DNA of 64,000 bases, taken from Cryomorphaceae bacterium (GTDB taxonomy: Bacteria; Bacteroidota; Bacteroidia; Flavobacteriales_D; Cryomorphaceae). Below the pieces are notes generated by a model. It searched no databases and was not told the origin of the DNA. It saw only the letters and a list, made by a program, of their open reading frames with translations. Each line of letters opens with the position of its first letter. Position 1 is the stretch's first letter. The stretch is from the NCBI GenBank assembly GCA_003565555.1, contig PXBH01000145.1, positions 9,334 through 73,333 on the forward strand, written 5' to 3'. Positions 48,073 through 56,757 of the stretch are shown here, one piece after another. The translations under genes and the position numbers were made by a program.

Positions 48073-49096
48073 AATTCAATATCAATTCGTTAAAATTTCG
48101 GGCATCCTTACCGAAATCTACATCGATTTCCCGGTAGAAAACGGGGATCAGATCCTTTTGAAATTCAGCGGAAAAAGGAAGCAGTCTGACTGCGTCTTTT
48201 TCCGTAGTGACCACCCCCGCGCTGCCGGGCGCAAACTTACCGATAAATTTTCGAATCCGCTTTAAATCCGCACGCTTGAAACGGTAGTGATCGCGGTAGG
48301 CGAAGTGCGCCTCCACGGGAAGATCACTCCGCGCTTCCGCCTCAAAAATTTCGGGCTCGGCCACGGCACTGATCAGCAAGACGTGCTTCAGTGCCGTGAT
48401 CGGTACGGCGGCCGGAGCGGTCAGGGGCTCCGTACGTCCGGGCAGTGTATGTGAGAAAAATACGGGTACATTCAAGTATTCCAGCTCTTTACGCAGTCGA
48501 TTACGTGCTTCCTCACCGGCGTCTTTCGGCGTTTTGGTCACCACCACACAGTCCGCGTCGCGGGCGCGCACTTTATGATCGCGCAGGCTACCCGCGGGCA
48601 GGCAATAATCTCGCGTGAAGGGGCGGTGCCAAGTGGTGAGCAGTATGTTCAGTCCGCCGCGTACACGCCTGTGTTGCAGAGCATCATCGAGTACTGTCAC
48701 CTCCCTTTCGGGAAAATGGGCGGCGAGGCGCTCCAGACCCTCCGTGCGGTCCTCACAGACGGCTGCGGCCAATGCGGGATTCCTTCTTACAATCAGAAGG
48801 GCTTCATCTCCCACAGCGTCCGGGTGAGCGTCGGGCGTGATTTTTACGAATCCGCTTGACGTACGTCCGTACCCGCGGCTGAGCAGTGCGCATCTCTCCG
48901 CACCGAGCAGGCCCACGACGTAATCCGTGTGCGGGGTTTTGCCGGTCCCTCCGAGCGAGAGGTTACCGATCACCACCGTTTTGCCGGAAGGCGCCACAGA
49001 CCTTATGATGCCCTTCGCGTATAGCTTGTTGCGCAGCCATACCGCCGCCGCGTAGGGCCAGGATAAGGGCAGCAACCAAGGTCGGGTCTGAATCAT
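48059..49096 (-). CDS. lpxK: Tetraacyldisaccharide 4'-kinase
   Basis: 345 aa with the P-loop GNLSLGGTGKTP. Confidence 0.9.
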   Translation of the reverse strand: MIQTRPWLLPLSWPYAAAVWLRNKLYAKGIIRSVAPSGKTVVIGNLSLGGTGKTPHTDYVVGLLGAERCALLSRGYGRTSSGFVKITPDAHPDAVGDEALLIVRRNPALAAAVCEDRTEGLERLAAHFPEREVTVLDDALQHRRVRGGLNILLTTWHRPFTRDYCLPAGSLRDHKVRARDADCVVVTKTPKDAGEEARNRLRKELEYLNVPVFFSHTLPGRTEPLTAPAAVPITALKHVLLISAVAEPEIFEAEARSDLPVEAHFAYRDHYRFKRADLKRIRKFIGKFAPGSAGVVTTEKDAVRLLPFSAEFQKDLIPVFYREIDVDFGKDARNFNELILNYAES

Positions 49097-49130
49097 TGTG
49101 TAATTTTAGCAGCCCAAATCGAACCGCACC

Positions 49131-50234
49131 ATGACACAAATCAAAGAAGTAATCCGTTATCTCGAAAGCATCGCTCCGAAATCTTATGCCGAATCTTACG
49201 ACAATCCGGGTCTCATCGTCGGGAATGAAGCGGAAGAAATTACCGGTGTGCTCGTGAGCCTTGACTGCACGGAGGCCGTGGTGGAAGAGGCTGTGGCCGC
49301 CGGATGCAACCTCGTTGTGAGCCACCACCCCATTGTGTTTCGCGGTTTGAAAAGCCTCACCGGTGCCGACTATGTGGAGCGCACCGTGATCAGTGCTTTG
49401 AAAAACGGAGTGGCCCTTTACGCCACCCATACCAACCTGGACAGTGTGGCAAACGGTGTAAGCGCCAAGCTCGCTGAGATGATCGGCCTTGCGCACGGGA
49501 AGATTCTGCAGCCCAAATCCGGGTTGCTGTCCAAACTCACCTACTTCGTGCCCACAGAATATGCGGAGCGGGTGCGCGAGGCCGTTTTTAAAGCCGGTGC
49601 GGGCCAAATCGGAGAATACGCCGGTTGCAGTTTTAACCTCGACGGCACGGGTACTTTTACCCCTTCAGAGGGGGCTGAACCCTTTTCGGGTAAAAAGGGG
49701 GTTCCTGAAGCCGCTGCAGAGACCCGCACGGAAGTAATGTTTCCCGCTCATCTGCGCAGCCGTGTGCTCGCTGCCCTGTTTGAAGCCCACCCATACGAAG
49801 AAACGGCATACTACCTTTACGATTTGGCCAATGTGAATCAATTCGTGGGCCTCGGGATGATCGGGACCTTACCGCGGGCTGTGCCGGGGGAGGAGTTTTT
49901 GGCCTTGCTCAAAGAGCGCCTCGGTCTTCAGGTGATTCGCCATACGGCCGTCCTTTCGGAAAAACCCGTAAAGCGCGTCGCTGTATGCGGAGGGTCGGGC
50001 AGTTTTCTGCTCAAGTCCGCGATTTCTGCCGGTGCCGATGCCTACGTCACCGCCGACTTTAAATACCACGAATTTTTCGATGCCGAGGACAAGATTCTTA
50101 TTGCTGATGTGGGGCACTATGAAAGTGAGCGGTTTACGATAGACCTGTTGGCGACCGTTATAAGCGAAAAATTTAGTACTTTTGCAACCCGCTTAACGGG
50201 GGTAAATACCAATCCCGTACATTATTACCACTGA
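49131..50234 (+). CDS. Nif3-like dinuclear metal centre protein
   Basis: 367 aa containing VVSHHPIVFRGLK and ATHTNLD, with the inserted PII-like domain typical of long Nif3 forms. Confidence 0.9.
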   Translation: MTQIKEVIRYLESIAPKSYAESYDNPGLIVGNEAEEITGVLVSLDCTEAVVEEAVAAGCNLVVSHHPIVFRGLKSLTGADYVERTVISALKNGVALYATHTNLDSVANGVSAKLAEMIGLAHGKILQPKSGLLSKLTYFVPTEYAERVREAVFKAGAGQIGEYAGCSFNLDGTGTFTPSEGAEPFSGKKGVPEAAAETRTEVMFPAHLRSRVLAALFEAHPYEETAYYLYDLANVNQFVGLGMIGTLPRAVPGEEFLALLKERLGLQVIRHTAVLSEKPVKRVAVCGGSGSFLLKSAISAGADAYVTADFKYHEFFDAEDKILIADVGHYESERFTIDLLATVISEKFSTFATRLTGVNTNPVHYYH

Positions 50235-50237
50235 TTT

Positions 50238-51050
50238 ATGTCTGAAGCAAAAACAAAATCAAAAGCAAAATCAAAGAACCTGACGACTCCCGAGGACAAA
50301 CTCAGGGCGCTCTACAGGCTGCAAATCATTGATTCCCGAATCGATCGCATTCGCATCGTACGTGGCGAGCTTCCGCTGGAAGTGCAGGACCTCGAAGATG
50401 AAATTGAAGGTCTGGAAACGCGGTTGAAAAAAATGGAAGACGATAAGGCTTCTATGGAAACCGAGATCGCGAACAAAAAGAATACCATGACCGATGCGAA
50501 AGCATTGATCAAGAAATATAAAGAGCAGCAGGACAATGTCCGCAACAACCGCGAGTTTGAATCCCTGAATAAGGAAATCGAATTTCAAGAGCTCGAGATC
50601 AAGCTCGCCGAAAAGCGTATTAAGGAGTTCAAGGCACAAATTGAGAACAAAGAAGAAGTCCTCAACGCTACCCGTGAAGAGGTGGAAGGCCGCAAAAAGG
50701 ACTTGGAGAACAAGCGCGCGGAATTGGATGAAATTGTGGGTGAAACTAAGCGCGAGGAAGAGCTGTTGATTAAGCTCAGCGATGAAGCCAAGAAGAACAT
50801 TGACGAGCGCCTCGTGGCGGCCTACGTTCGCATCCGCAACGGCTCCAAAAACGGGCTGGGAGTCGTTCCCATCGATCGCGAAGCTTCCGCAGGTTCATAT
50901 ATCAAGATTCCGCCCCAGCGTCAACTCGACGTTGCTGCACGCCAGAAAATCATTGTAGATGAGCACAGCGGGCGTATCCTTGTGGATGCCGAGCTTGCCA
51001 ATGAAGAACAGGAAAAAGCAGACGCGGAAATCGCAAAGCTCTTGAAGTAA
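50238..51050 (+). CDS. COG1579-type coiled-coil protein with a degenerate (cysteine-free) C-terminal zinc-ribbon-like region
   Basis: 270 aa, immediately after the Nif3 gene as is usual for this pair. Long coiled coil. The C-terminus reads GLGVVPIDREASAGSYIKIPPQRQ...IIVDEHSGRILVD. Confidence 0.8.
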   Translation: MSEAKTKSKAKSKNLTTPEDKLRALYRLQIIDSRIDRIRIVRGELPLEVQDLEDEIEGLETRLKKMEDDKASMETEIANKKNTMTDAKALIKKYKEQQDNVRNNREFESLNKEIEFQELEIKLAEKRIKEFKAQIENKEEVLNATREEVEGRKKDLENKRAELDEIVGETKREEELLIKLSDEAKKNIDERLVAAYVRIRNGSKNGLGVVPIDREASAGSYIKIPPQRQLDVAARQKIIVDEHSGRILVDAELANEEQEKADAEIAKLLK

Positions 51051-51076
51051 TTTCCTCCGGAAATAATTTTTCAATG

Positions 51077-51106
51077 AACCGCAGGCTTTATGCTTGCGGT
51101 TTTTTT
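51077..51106 (+). terminator. Intrinsic terminator after the COG1579-type gene
   Basis: 10-bp stem aaccgcaggc / gcttgcggtt including one G-U pair. The loop is tttat and a T run follows. Confidence 0.7.
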
Positions 51107-51227
51107 ATGCCCCTGAATTCAGTGCGCAGGCCTGAGCTCTGCAGGGGTGCAAAATCACTTGTAACGCGGGTCAGTAATTCGGGGCAATGTGATGAAGCGC
51201 CGCGTGTATGGTCCGCTTTCGGCGGGC

Positions 51228-52694
51228 TCAGATCCGGAAACCGAAAGTTAAGGTGAGCACGCCGAGCGTATTCTGAAGCTCTTGTGTACTCCCGGCCCCG
51301 CTCACGCGGTAGGGCTCGTGGAAACGCATCACGCTGTAGGAAAGGTCCAAATTCCACGCTCGCTCTCGATAGCCCAAGCCTCCGCCTACCATGACTTGAT
51401 CCATGCGGCCGCTGATTGCACCTTCGCTGATCGGAACCACGTTCGGAAAAAATGCCGCTCCGCCGCGGGCCATGACTTTTTTTGTCATTCTGAATTCTAC
51501 TCCGCCCCGAAAGGCATGTTGGGCGCGGTAGAATTCCTGCATTTCGAAGTTGGCATTGTCCAGGAATGAAGCCAAGCCTGACCTGCGGTTGGCAGGACGG
51601 TATTCGGCTCCGCGAAAATTGACGAACTCATATTGACCGGTGAGGATGGCTTTGCCTTTGATGACGCCCGCAACACCGAATGTGTACCTCCAAGGGGTGC
51701 GGACTCGATACTCGATAAAATCCGTATCCGGAGATTGACTGATCGGGTCGAGCCCGCCTCGTATGGTGTTGATACCCTGTCCGTAATTGTCTTGCATACG
51801 AAAAGTGGTAGGCGTTTGAACGGAACCGCCTATCCTGAACTGCTTGGTGATACGGTAGATGAAACCCGCCCGAAGGTTGAAGCCGACTCCTTCTACATTC
51901 ATATTTTCCCGAAAGGTATACCTTCTCAGGTCACCCGTTCCCGGCTGTGTCGCCTCCTCCGTAGTTTCGAGTTCCACATCGTAATAGGAAGTGACAATTC
52001 CAAGACCTCCTCCGATATAAAATTTGTCGTCATAGTTGCCTCCCACGGTAAGACCTATGTCCGTCATCCGTCCCGTGGTGTTCACCGTGTGTCTTTGGGA
52101 CATGAGCCCTTGCTGTACACCGCCCACGTAGCGTGTCGGGGCGCTCCCCTCTACGTCATCAATCACAAAAGCGTCGTAGGCAAGTCCGGCATCTGTGATC
52201 GGCAGGTTGTCCGGGGCGATGCCGTCCGCTTGATTGACCCAGCTTTGCATCAGGGTATTGTCGAGGGAGATGATGCCGCCGGTGACGATTTGGTCATTGT
52301 AGGTATTCATGCGGTTTACGGTGACGCCCACATTTACGCTTTTCCAGTAAGGATCATCCACCTCATTCACCAAGATAAACCCCACATTATTCACGGCAAG
52401 TCCGGAATGTGAACCGCTCGATGCTTCGCCGGCAAGCGAAGTGCGGATGTCGCGCATCTCAACGGAAGGGGAAAGTGAGACTTCTCCAAAACGAAAAACC
52501 CCGATTCCTGCGGGGTTGATCGTAATCGAGGACATATCGCCGCCCAATGCTGTAAATGCGCCTCCCATTGCACCGAAGCGGGCCGTGCCCGGCGGTTGAT
52601 GTGTGGTGTATCTTTGAAGGTCACCTGCTCCTTGAGCGAAAATCCCTGCGGAAAGGCACAGCATCAGGGCTGCAACGGTGTATTGCCTCATCAA
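51228..52694 (-). CDS. Outer-membrane beta-barrel protein, FadL/PorV-like
   Basis: 488 aa with a signal peptide. The N-terminal motif ARFGAMGGAFTALGGDMSSITINPAG resembles FadL/OmpP1/PorV-type barrels. The C-terminus reads LTLTFGFRI. Confidence 0.7.
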   Translation of the reverse strand: MMRQYTVAALMLCLSAGIFAQGAGDLQRYTTHQPPGTARFGAMGGAFTALGGDMSSITINPAGIGVFRFGEVSLSPSVEMRDIRTSLAGEASSGSHSGLAVNNVGFILVNEVDDPYWKSVNVGVTVNRMNTYNDQIVTGGIISLDNTLMQSWVNQADGIAPDNLPITDAGLAYDAFVIDDVEGSAPTRYVGGVQQGLMSQRHTVNTTGRMTDIGLTVGGNYDDKFYIGGGLGIVTSYYDVELETTEEATQPGTGDLRRYTFRENMNVEGVGFNLRAGFIYRITKQFRIGGSVQTPTTFRMQDNYGQGINTIRGGLDPISQSPDTDFIEYRVRTPWRYTFGVAGVIKGKAILTGQYEFVNFRGAEYRPANRRSGLASFLDNANFEMQEFYRAQHAFRGGVEFRMTKKVMARGGAAFFPNVVPISEGAISGRMDQVMVGGGLGYRERAWNLDLSYSVMRFHEPYRVSGAGSTQELQNTLGVLTLTFGFRI

Positions 52695-52712
52695 TGGTTT
52701 GCGTTTTGATAT

Positions 52713-54197
52713 TTATCGGCGTCCGCCTCCGCCGCGTGAGGGACTGCTCATGCTGCGCGAAGGACTGCTCATGCTCCTTGAGGGCGAACTCATACTTCGG
52801 GAAGGAGAGCTGAAACTTCTCGATCTGGAAGGGGATACACTCCTCGAGGGAGAGCTCATACTCCGTGAGGGGGAGCTAAAGCTTCGCGAAGGCGCACTTC
52901 TTGTCGAACTGCGTGAAGGCTGCATGTTGGCCCTGCTCGGTTGTGCACTTCGCGGTGTAGCTGTACCCTGCGAGCGTGAATAGCTCGGACGATTTACCGC
53001 ACCACCTCCCGCGGCATTGCGCTGTTGCTGGCGGTTATATGGCGACATTCGCGATTCCGCCGCCTGTCGCGCGCTTGTTCCGTACTGTCGGCTGCTGCCT
53101 GTGGTCCGGGGCGCTGTCCGTGTACCCGAAGCTTGTCGGGGTGCCATGGCATTACCGCGATCTGCACGCTCTCGGTTGGTACCCCTCGGAACGGTAGATT
53201 TTGCTGACCTGTCGGTGGTTCTGACAGCCTCACGTCCTGTGCGTTCACCGGAAGCGGTGCGCTCTGTTCTTGTTCTGTCACTGCGCAAGTCTGTGGCGCG
53301 CGATCGACTCTGATAGTTGCTGCTTGATTTGGTTCGGTCCGATCTTCCGGCGCCGTCACCGGTGAATACACCGCCGCGCTGGGAAGTTCGTCCGCCGCTT
53401 TCTCCGCGTCGGCCGGAAGTGATCGAAGTGCCTCCGTCACCGAGCCAGCCTCCGCCTCCCAGCCACGGATTGCCCCAACCGCCTCCCCAGTAGGGATTAA
53501 AGCCGTACATGCCGTAGGGGTTCATCCAAGGGTTACCCCAACCCATGCCCATACCCCAGCCCATGCCCATACCGAAACGGTTCATGCCCCAAGGTCGTGC
53601 CATCATCGGTCGGCAGAAAGGGTCCCAAAAGGGATCACACCAACCCCAGGGGCTCATGCCCATTCCCATACCCATCATAGGCATTCCGAAATGGCCCATA
53701 CCGAATCCGCCGCCCATGGGCATGCCGTACATCATACTCATGCCCATCATGGATCCGCCTCCGAAACTGTTAAAGCCGAAACCCATATTCATGCGGGGTT
53801 GGTTCATCATTCCGTTGTTGCCGAATCCGCCACCTTGGTTGTAGTTGCGGTTATTTTGGTCAGCGTACTCCGAGTCGTAGTATTCGTCATCCCAATATTC
53901 GTCGTCGGCGGATTGCGCTTTTCGTTGATCTTGGGTTTTCTCCCAATCACTCAGGTTGCCGTAATAGGCAGACTCCGCACGGCTGTTAAACTGCGTGGGA
54001 GCGGGAGTGCTCGAAGACCGTTCCGCTTTGGGACTGAACGCCTGCGCAGTGGCAGATGAACGTCCTTCATAGTACAGGTCGTCATACTCATCAATGGATA
54101 CCAGATCCTGATTCGAACTGCAAGATACCAAAGCGGCTGCAGCGATGATTCCCGAAAAATATATCTTAAAATGTCTCATGGCGCTGTATTTTCTCAT
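52713..54197 (-). CDS. Low-complexity lipoprotein: acidic N-region, Gly/Met/Trp-rich core and Ser/Arg-rich tail with heptad repeats
   Basis: 494 aa with lipobox AALVSC. The core contains GMPMGGGFGMGHFGMPMMGMGMGMSPWGW and GMGMGWGMGMGWGNPW. The tail reads SPSRSMSSPSRSMSSPSRSMSSPSRGGGGRR. An alternative start lies at 54179. Confidence 0.75.
   Translation of the reverse strand: MRKYSAMRHFKIYFSGIIAAAALVSCSSNQDLVSIDEYDDLYYEGRSSATAQAFSPKAERSSSTPAPTQFNSRAESAYYGNLSDWEKTQDQRKAQSADDEYWDDEYYDSEYADQNNRNYNQGGGFGNNGMMNQPRMNMGFGFNSFGGGSMMGMSMMYGMPMGGGFGMGHFGMPMMGMGMGMSPWGWCDPFWDPFCRPMMARPWGMNRFGMGMGWGMGMGWGNPWMNPYGMYGFNPYWGGGWGNPWLGGGGWLGDGGTSITSGRRGESGGRTSQRGGVFTGDGAGRSDRTKSSSNYQSRSRATDLRSDRTRTERTASGERTGREAVRTTDRSAKSTVPRGTNRERADRGNAMAPRQASGTRTAPRTTGSSRQYGTSARQAAESRMSPYNRQQQRNAAGGGAVNRPSYSRSQGTATPRSAQPSRANMQPSRSSTRSAPSRSFSSPSRSMSSPSRSVSPSRSRSFSSPSRSMSSPSRSMSSPSRSMSSPSRGGGGRR
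52738..52915 (-). repeat. Tandem 21-nt (7-codon) repeat, about 8 units, encoding (S)PSRS(M/F)S
   Basis: Successive 21-mers are gagggactgctcatgctgcgc, gaaggactgctcatgctcctt, gagggcgaactcatacttcgg, and so on. One unit is irregular. Confidence 0.8.
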
Positions 54198-54206
54198 CCT
54201 TACTTA

Positions 54207-54214
54207 CAAAGCTA
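54207..54214 (-). promoter_or_regulatory. Candidate -7 box TAGCTTTG, 9 nt upstream of the lipoprotein ATG
   Basis: The reverse complement is a perfect TAnnTTTG match. Confidence 0.4.
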
Positions 54215-54305
54215 ACGATAAAAAAGTTTATGGCTCTTCCTTACTTTAGTTTACTTTGCATTGTTTTTCGGTATAAAACAGCAAAGACCATTCCAGAACA
54301 ATACA

Positions 54306-55781
54306 ATGAGTAAGAAATTAACACCTCGTAACGAGAACTATTCCAATTGGTACAATGAATTGGTTTCCAAAGCGGATCTTGCCGAACACTCTGAGGTCCG
54401 CGGATGCATGGTCATCAAACCCCACGGGTATGCCGTTTGGGAAAAAATGCAGCGCGCTCTGGATGAAATGTTTAAGGCTACCGGCCATCAAAATGCTTAT
54501 TTTCCGCTTTTTATCCCCAAGAGCTATTTTTCGCGTGAAGCAGCCCATGTAGAAGGCTTCGCCAAAGAATGTGCCGTGGTTACCCACTATCGGCTGAAGA
54601 ACGACGAGAAGACAGGCGATATTGTGGTGGATGAAGATGCAAAGCTCGAAGAGGAACTCATCGTTCGCCCTACGTCCGAGACCATCATCTGGAACACTTA
54701 CAAAGGCTGGATTCAAAGTTACCGCGACCTGCCTATTTTGGTCAATCAGTGGGCCAATGTGGTGCGGTGGGAAATGCGTACAAGGCTCTTTCTCCGCACC
54801 TCGGAATTTCTTTGGCAAGAAGGGCACACCGCACATGCCACCAAGGCAGAGGCCGTTGAAGAAGCCGAGAAAATGCTCGAAGTCTACGCCGATTTCGCCG
54901 AAAATTGGCTGGCCATTCCCGTGATCAAAGGAACCAAATCGCCCGCCGAGCGCTTTGCGGGTGCCATTGAAACCTACTGTATCGAAGCGCTGATGCAGGA
55001 CGGAAAAGCACTGCAGGCGGGAACTTCGCACTTCTTGGGGCAAAATTTTGCCAAGGCATTCGACGTGACTTTTGTCAATAAGGAAGGCAAAGAGGAGCTG
55101 GTGTGGGCCACCTCTTGGGGCGTATCCACCCGGCTGATGGGGGCGCTCATCATGACCCACAGCGATGACAACGGCTTGGTACTTCCGCCCAAACTGGCCC
55201 CGATACAAGTGGCTGTCGTACCGATTTATCGACAAATTGAACAGCTCGATGAGATTCGAAACAAACTGCTCCCCCTGATCGATGACCTCAGAAAACGCGG
55301 GATCAGTGTGAAATTCGACGATGACGACAACCGCAAGCCGGGGTGGAAATTTGCCGAGTACGAAATGAAAGGCGTGCCGGTGCGCATCGCTGTCGGGCCG
55401 CGGGATTTGGAAAACAATACCGTGGAAATTGCCCGACGTGACACCCTTGAGAAGGACATGATCAGCTTTGATGATGCCCCGGATACGGTTGAAGCGCTGC
55501 TCGAAGAGATTCAGCGTAACCTCTATTCCAAGGCATTAAAGTACAGGGAGGAAAATACCCGTGAGGTGAATTCCTGGGAGGAATTTAAAGAAGTCCTGGA
55601 GCGTGAGGGCGGATTTTTGTCGGCGCACTGGGACGGCACCGAGGAAACCGAAGAAGCCGTGAAAAAGGAAACCAAGGCCACTATCCGCTGTATCCCCCTC
55701 AACGGGCAAGCGGAAGAGGGCAACTGCGTTTATTCGGGGAAACCCTCCCGAGGCAGAGTGCTTTTTGCGAAAGCTTACTAA
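54306..55781 (+). CDS. proS: Proline-tRNA ligase (archaeal/eukaryote-like type, no insertion editing domain)
   Basis: The ATG at 54306 gives [16 protein letters not shown]. The ORF-track start at 54261 is a TTG. Class II core motifs are present, and the protein ends in Tyr (FAKAY). Confidence 0.95.
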   Translation: MSKKLTPRNENYSNWYNELVSKADLAEHSEVRGCMVIKPHGYAVWEKMQRALDEMFKATGHQNAYFPLFIPKSYFSREAAHVEGFAKECAVVTHYRLKNDEKTGDIVVDEDAKLEEELIVRPTSETIIWNTYKGWIQSYRDLPILVNQWANVVRWEMRTRLFLRTSEFLWQEGHTAHATKAEAVEEAEKMLEVYADFAENWLAIPVIKGTKSPAERFAGAIETYCIEALMQDGKALQAGTSHFLGQNFAKAFDVTFVNKEGKEELVWATSWGVSTRLMGALIMTHSDDNGLVLPPKLAPIQVAVVPIYRQIEQLDEIRNKLLPLIDDLRKRGISVKFDDDDNRKPGWKFAEYEMKGVPVRIAVGPRDLENNTVEIARRDTLEKDMISFDDAPDTVEALLEEIQRNLYSKALKYREENTREVNSWEEFKEVLEREGGFLSAHWDGTEETEEAVKKETKATIRCIPLNGQAEEGNCVYSGKPSRGRVLFAKAY

Positions 55782-55793
55782 CTGAAATCAGAA

Positions 55794-56492
55794 GTGGCGA
55801 AAATACGGGAATACAACGAAATCAGAAGATTCGTCTCCGAAAGAAGTCGGCTGAAGCGCGATGTGTTCGAGCTTGGAAAGCATTGCTTCAGCGCGGTCAA
55901 AGATGTGCTGCGGAAACGAATTGAACAGCTCGCTGCCGATATAACCCAAAAAGATCCTCGACTCGAAATAAAATTTCACGAGCGAAACGATTTTGAATGC
56001 GGATGCACGGTGGCAGGAGATTATATCCTCTTTCATTTGCATACCAACGTATTCAGAATCGATGCTGAAGCTGCTGATGATGAGGTGGCGGAGCATGTCA
56101 AAAAGTATCCCGATCGGGCGTATTGTGCCGTGATTCACGTTTATAATTTTCTCGCAGACAGCTTTCGCTATGAGCGGCCGAATGATGCAGGCTACCTCGC
56201 CGCGCGTATATTCATCAATGCGGAGCGCGAATTTTTCGTCGAGGGCATCGGCGGAATCACCGAGGCTTTCGGTCCTTTTCCGGGCAGCGATTTTAATGAA
56301 GCAGCGGCGGATGAAATATTGATGACTGTCATTTACGAGGCATTGAACTTTGAAATGATTGTTCCCGAATATGCTTTGGTGGCAGAGATACCCCTCACCG
56401 ACGCTGTGCGAAGCGCGGGCCTCACAGGTCAGCGCACCTCTAAGCGCATGGGCTTTCGCTTCTCCGATGAGCACAGCGAGGAGATGGAGTGA
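55794..56492 (+). CDS. Hypothetical protein
   Basis: 232 aa with a GTG start. The + frame shows purine-rich first codon positions and an acidic, protein-like composition. I recognise no motif. Confidence 0.65.
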   Translation: MAKIREYNEIRRFVSERSRLKRDVFELGKHCFSAVKDVLRKRIEQLAADITQKDPRLEIKFHERNDFECGCTVAGDYILFHLHTNVFRIDAEAADDEVAEHVKKYPDRAYCAVIHVYNFLADSFRYERPNDAGYLAARIFINAEREFFVEGIGGITEAFGPFPGSDFNEAAADEILMTVIYEALNFEMIVPEYALVAEIPLTDAVRSAGLTGQRTSKRMGFRFSDEHSEEME

Positions 56493-56532
56493 ATTTTTTT
56501 TTTCGAACTTGTGCGGATGAAATAAAAGGTAT

Positions 56533-56540
56533 TATATTTG
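56533..56540 (+). promoter_or_regulatory. Candidate -7 box TATATTTG for tRNA-Glu
   Basis: Perfect TAnnTTTG match ending 20 nt before the mature tRNA 5' end. Confidence 0.55.
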
Positions 56541-56560
56541 CACCCCGCTAACGGAAATAT

Positions 56561-56632
56561 GGCCCGTTCGTCTAGGGGTTAGGACGCCAGGTTTTCATCC
56601 TGGTAGCAGGGGTTCGAATCCCCTACGGGCTA
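56561..56632 (+). tRNA. tRNA-Glu (anticodon UUC)
   Basis: Cloverleaf read by eye. The acceptor stem is GGCCCGT / ACGGGCT with G1-U72. The anticodon stem ccagg / cctgg carries loop ttTTCat. The T arm is cagggGTTCGAATcccc. No CCA is encoded. Confidence 0.92.
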
Positions 56633-56642
56633 CAACAAATCA

Positions 56643-56670
56643 CCCTCGACCGCAGGTCGAGGGTTTTTTT
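56643..56670 (+). terminator. Intrinsic terminator after tRNA-Glu
   Basis: Perfect 9-bp stem ccctcgacc / ggtcgaggg with loop gca, followed by T7. Confidence 0.85.
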
Positions 56671-56701
56671 ATGCCCCAAATTTCTGCCAAGCTCGCTTGA
56701 G

Positions 56702-56757
56702 CAGAAAGTTGGGGCATAAAAAAACAGCCGCTGCGAAGCAGAGGCGTGATTTGTTGT
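56702..56757 (-). terminator. Inverted copy (T1) of the tRNA trailer/terminator module
   Basis: The minus strand reads tacaacaaatcac-gcctctgcttcgcagcggctg-tttttttatgccccaactttctgc. Its flanks match the tRNA trailer at 56631-56686, but its hairpin is different. Confidence 0.6.

Noticed and set aside
51108-51150. The cccctg...cagggg inverted repeat after the 51077 terminator, which begins with the same tttttttatgcccc string as the tRNA trailer
   Set aside because: It has only a 6-bp stem with a 29-nt loop, and beyond the 14-nt shared string the similarity fades. It is mentioned under the trailer finding as something to include in a genome-wide search, but it is too weak to stand alone.
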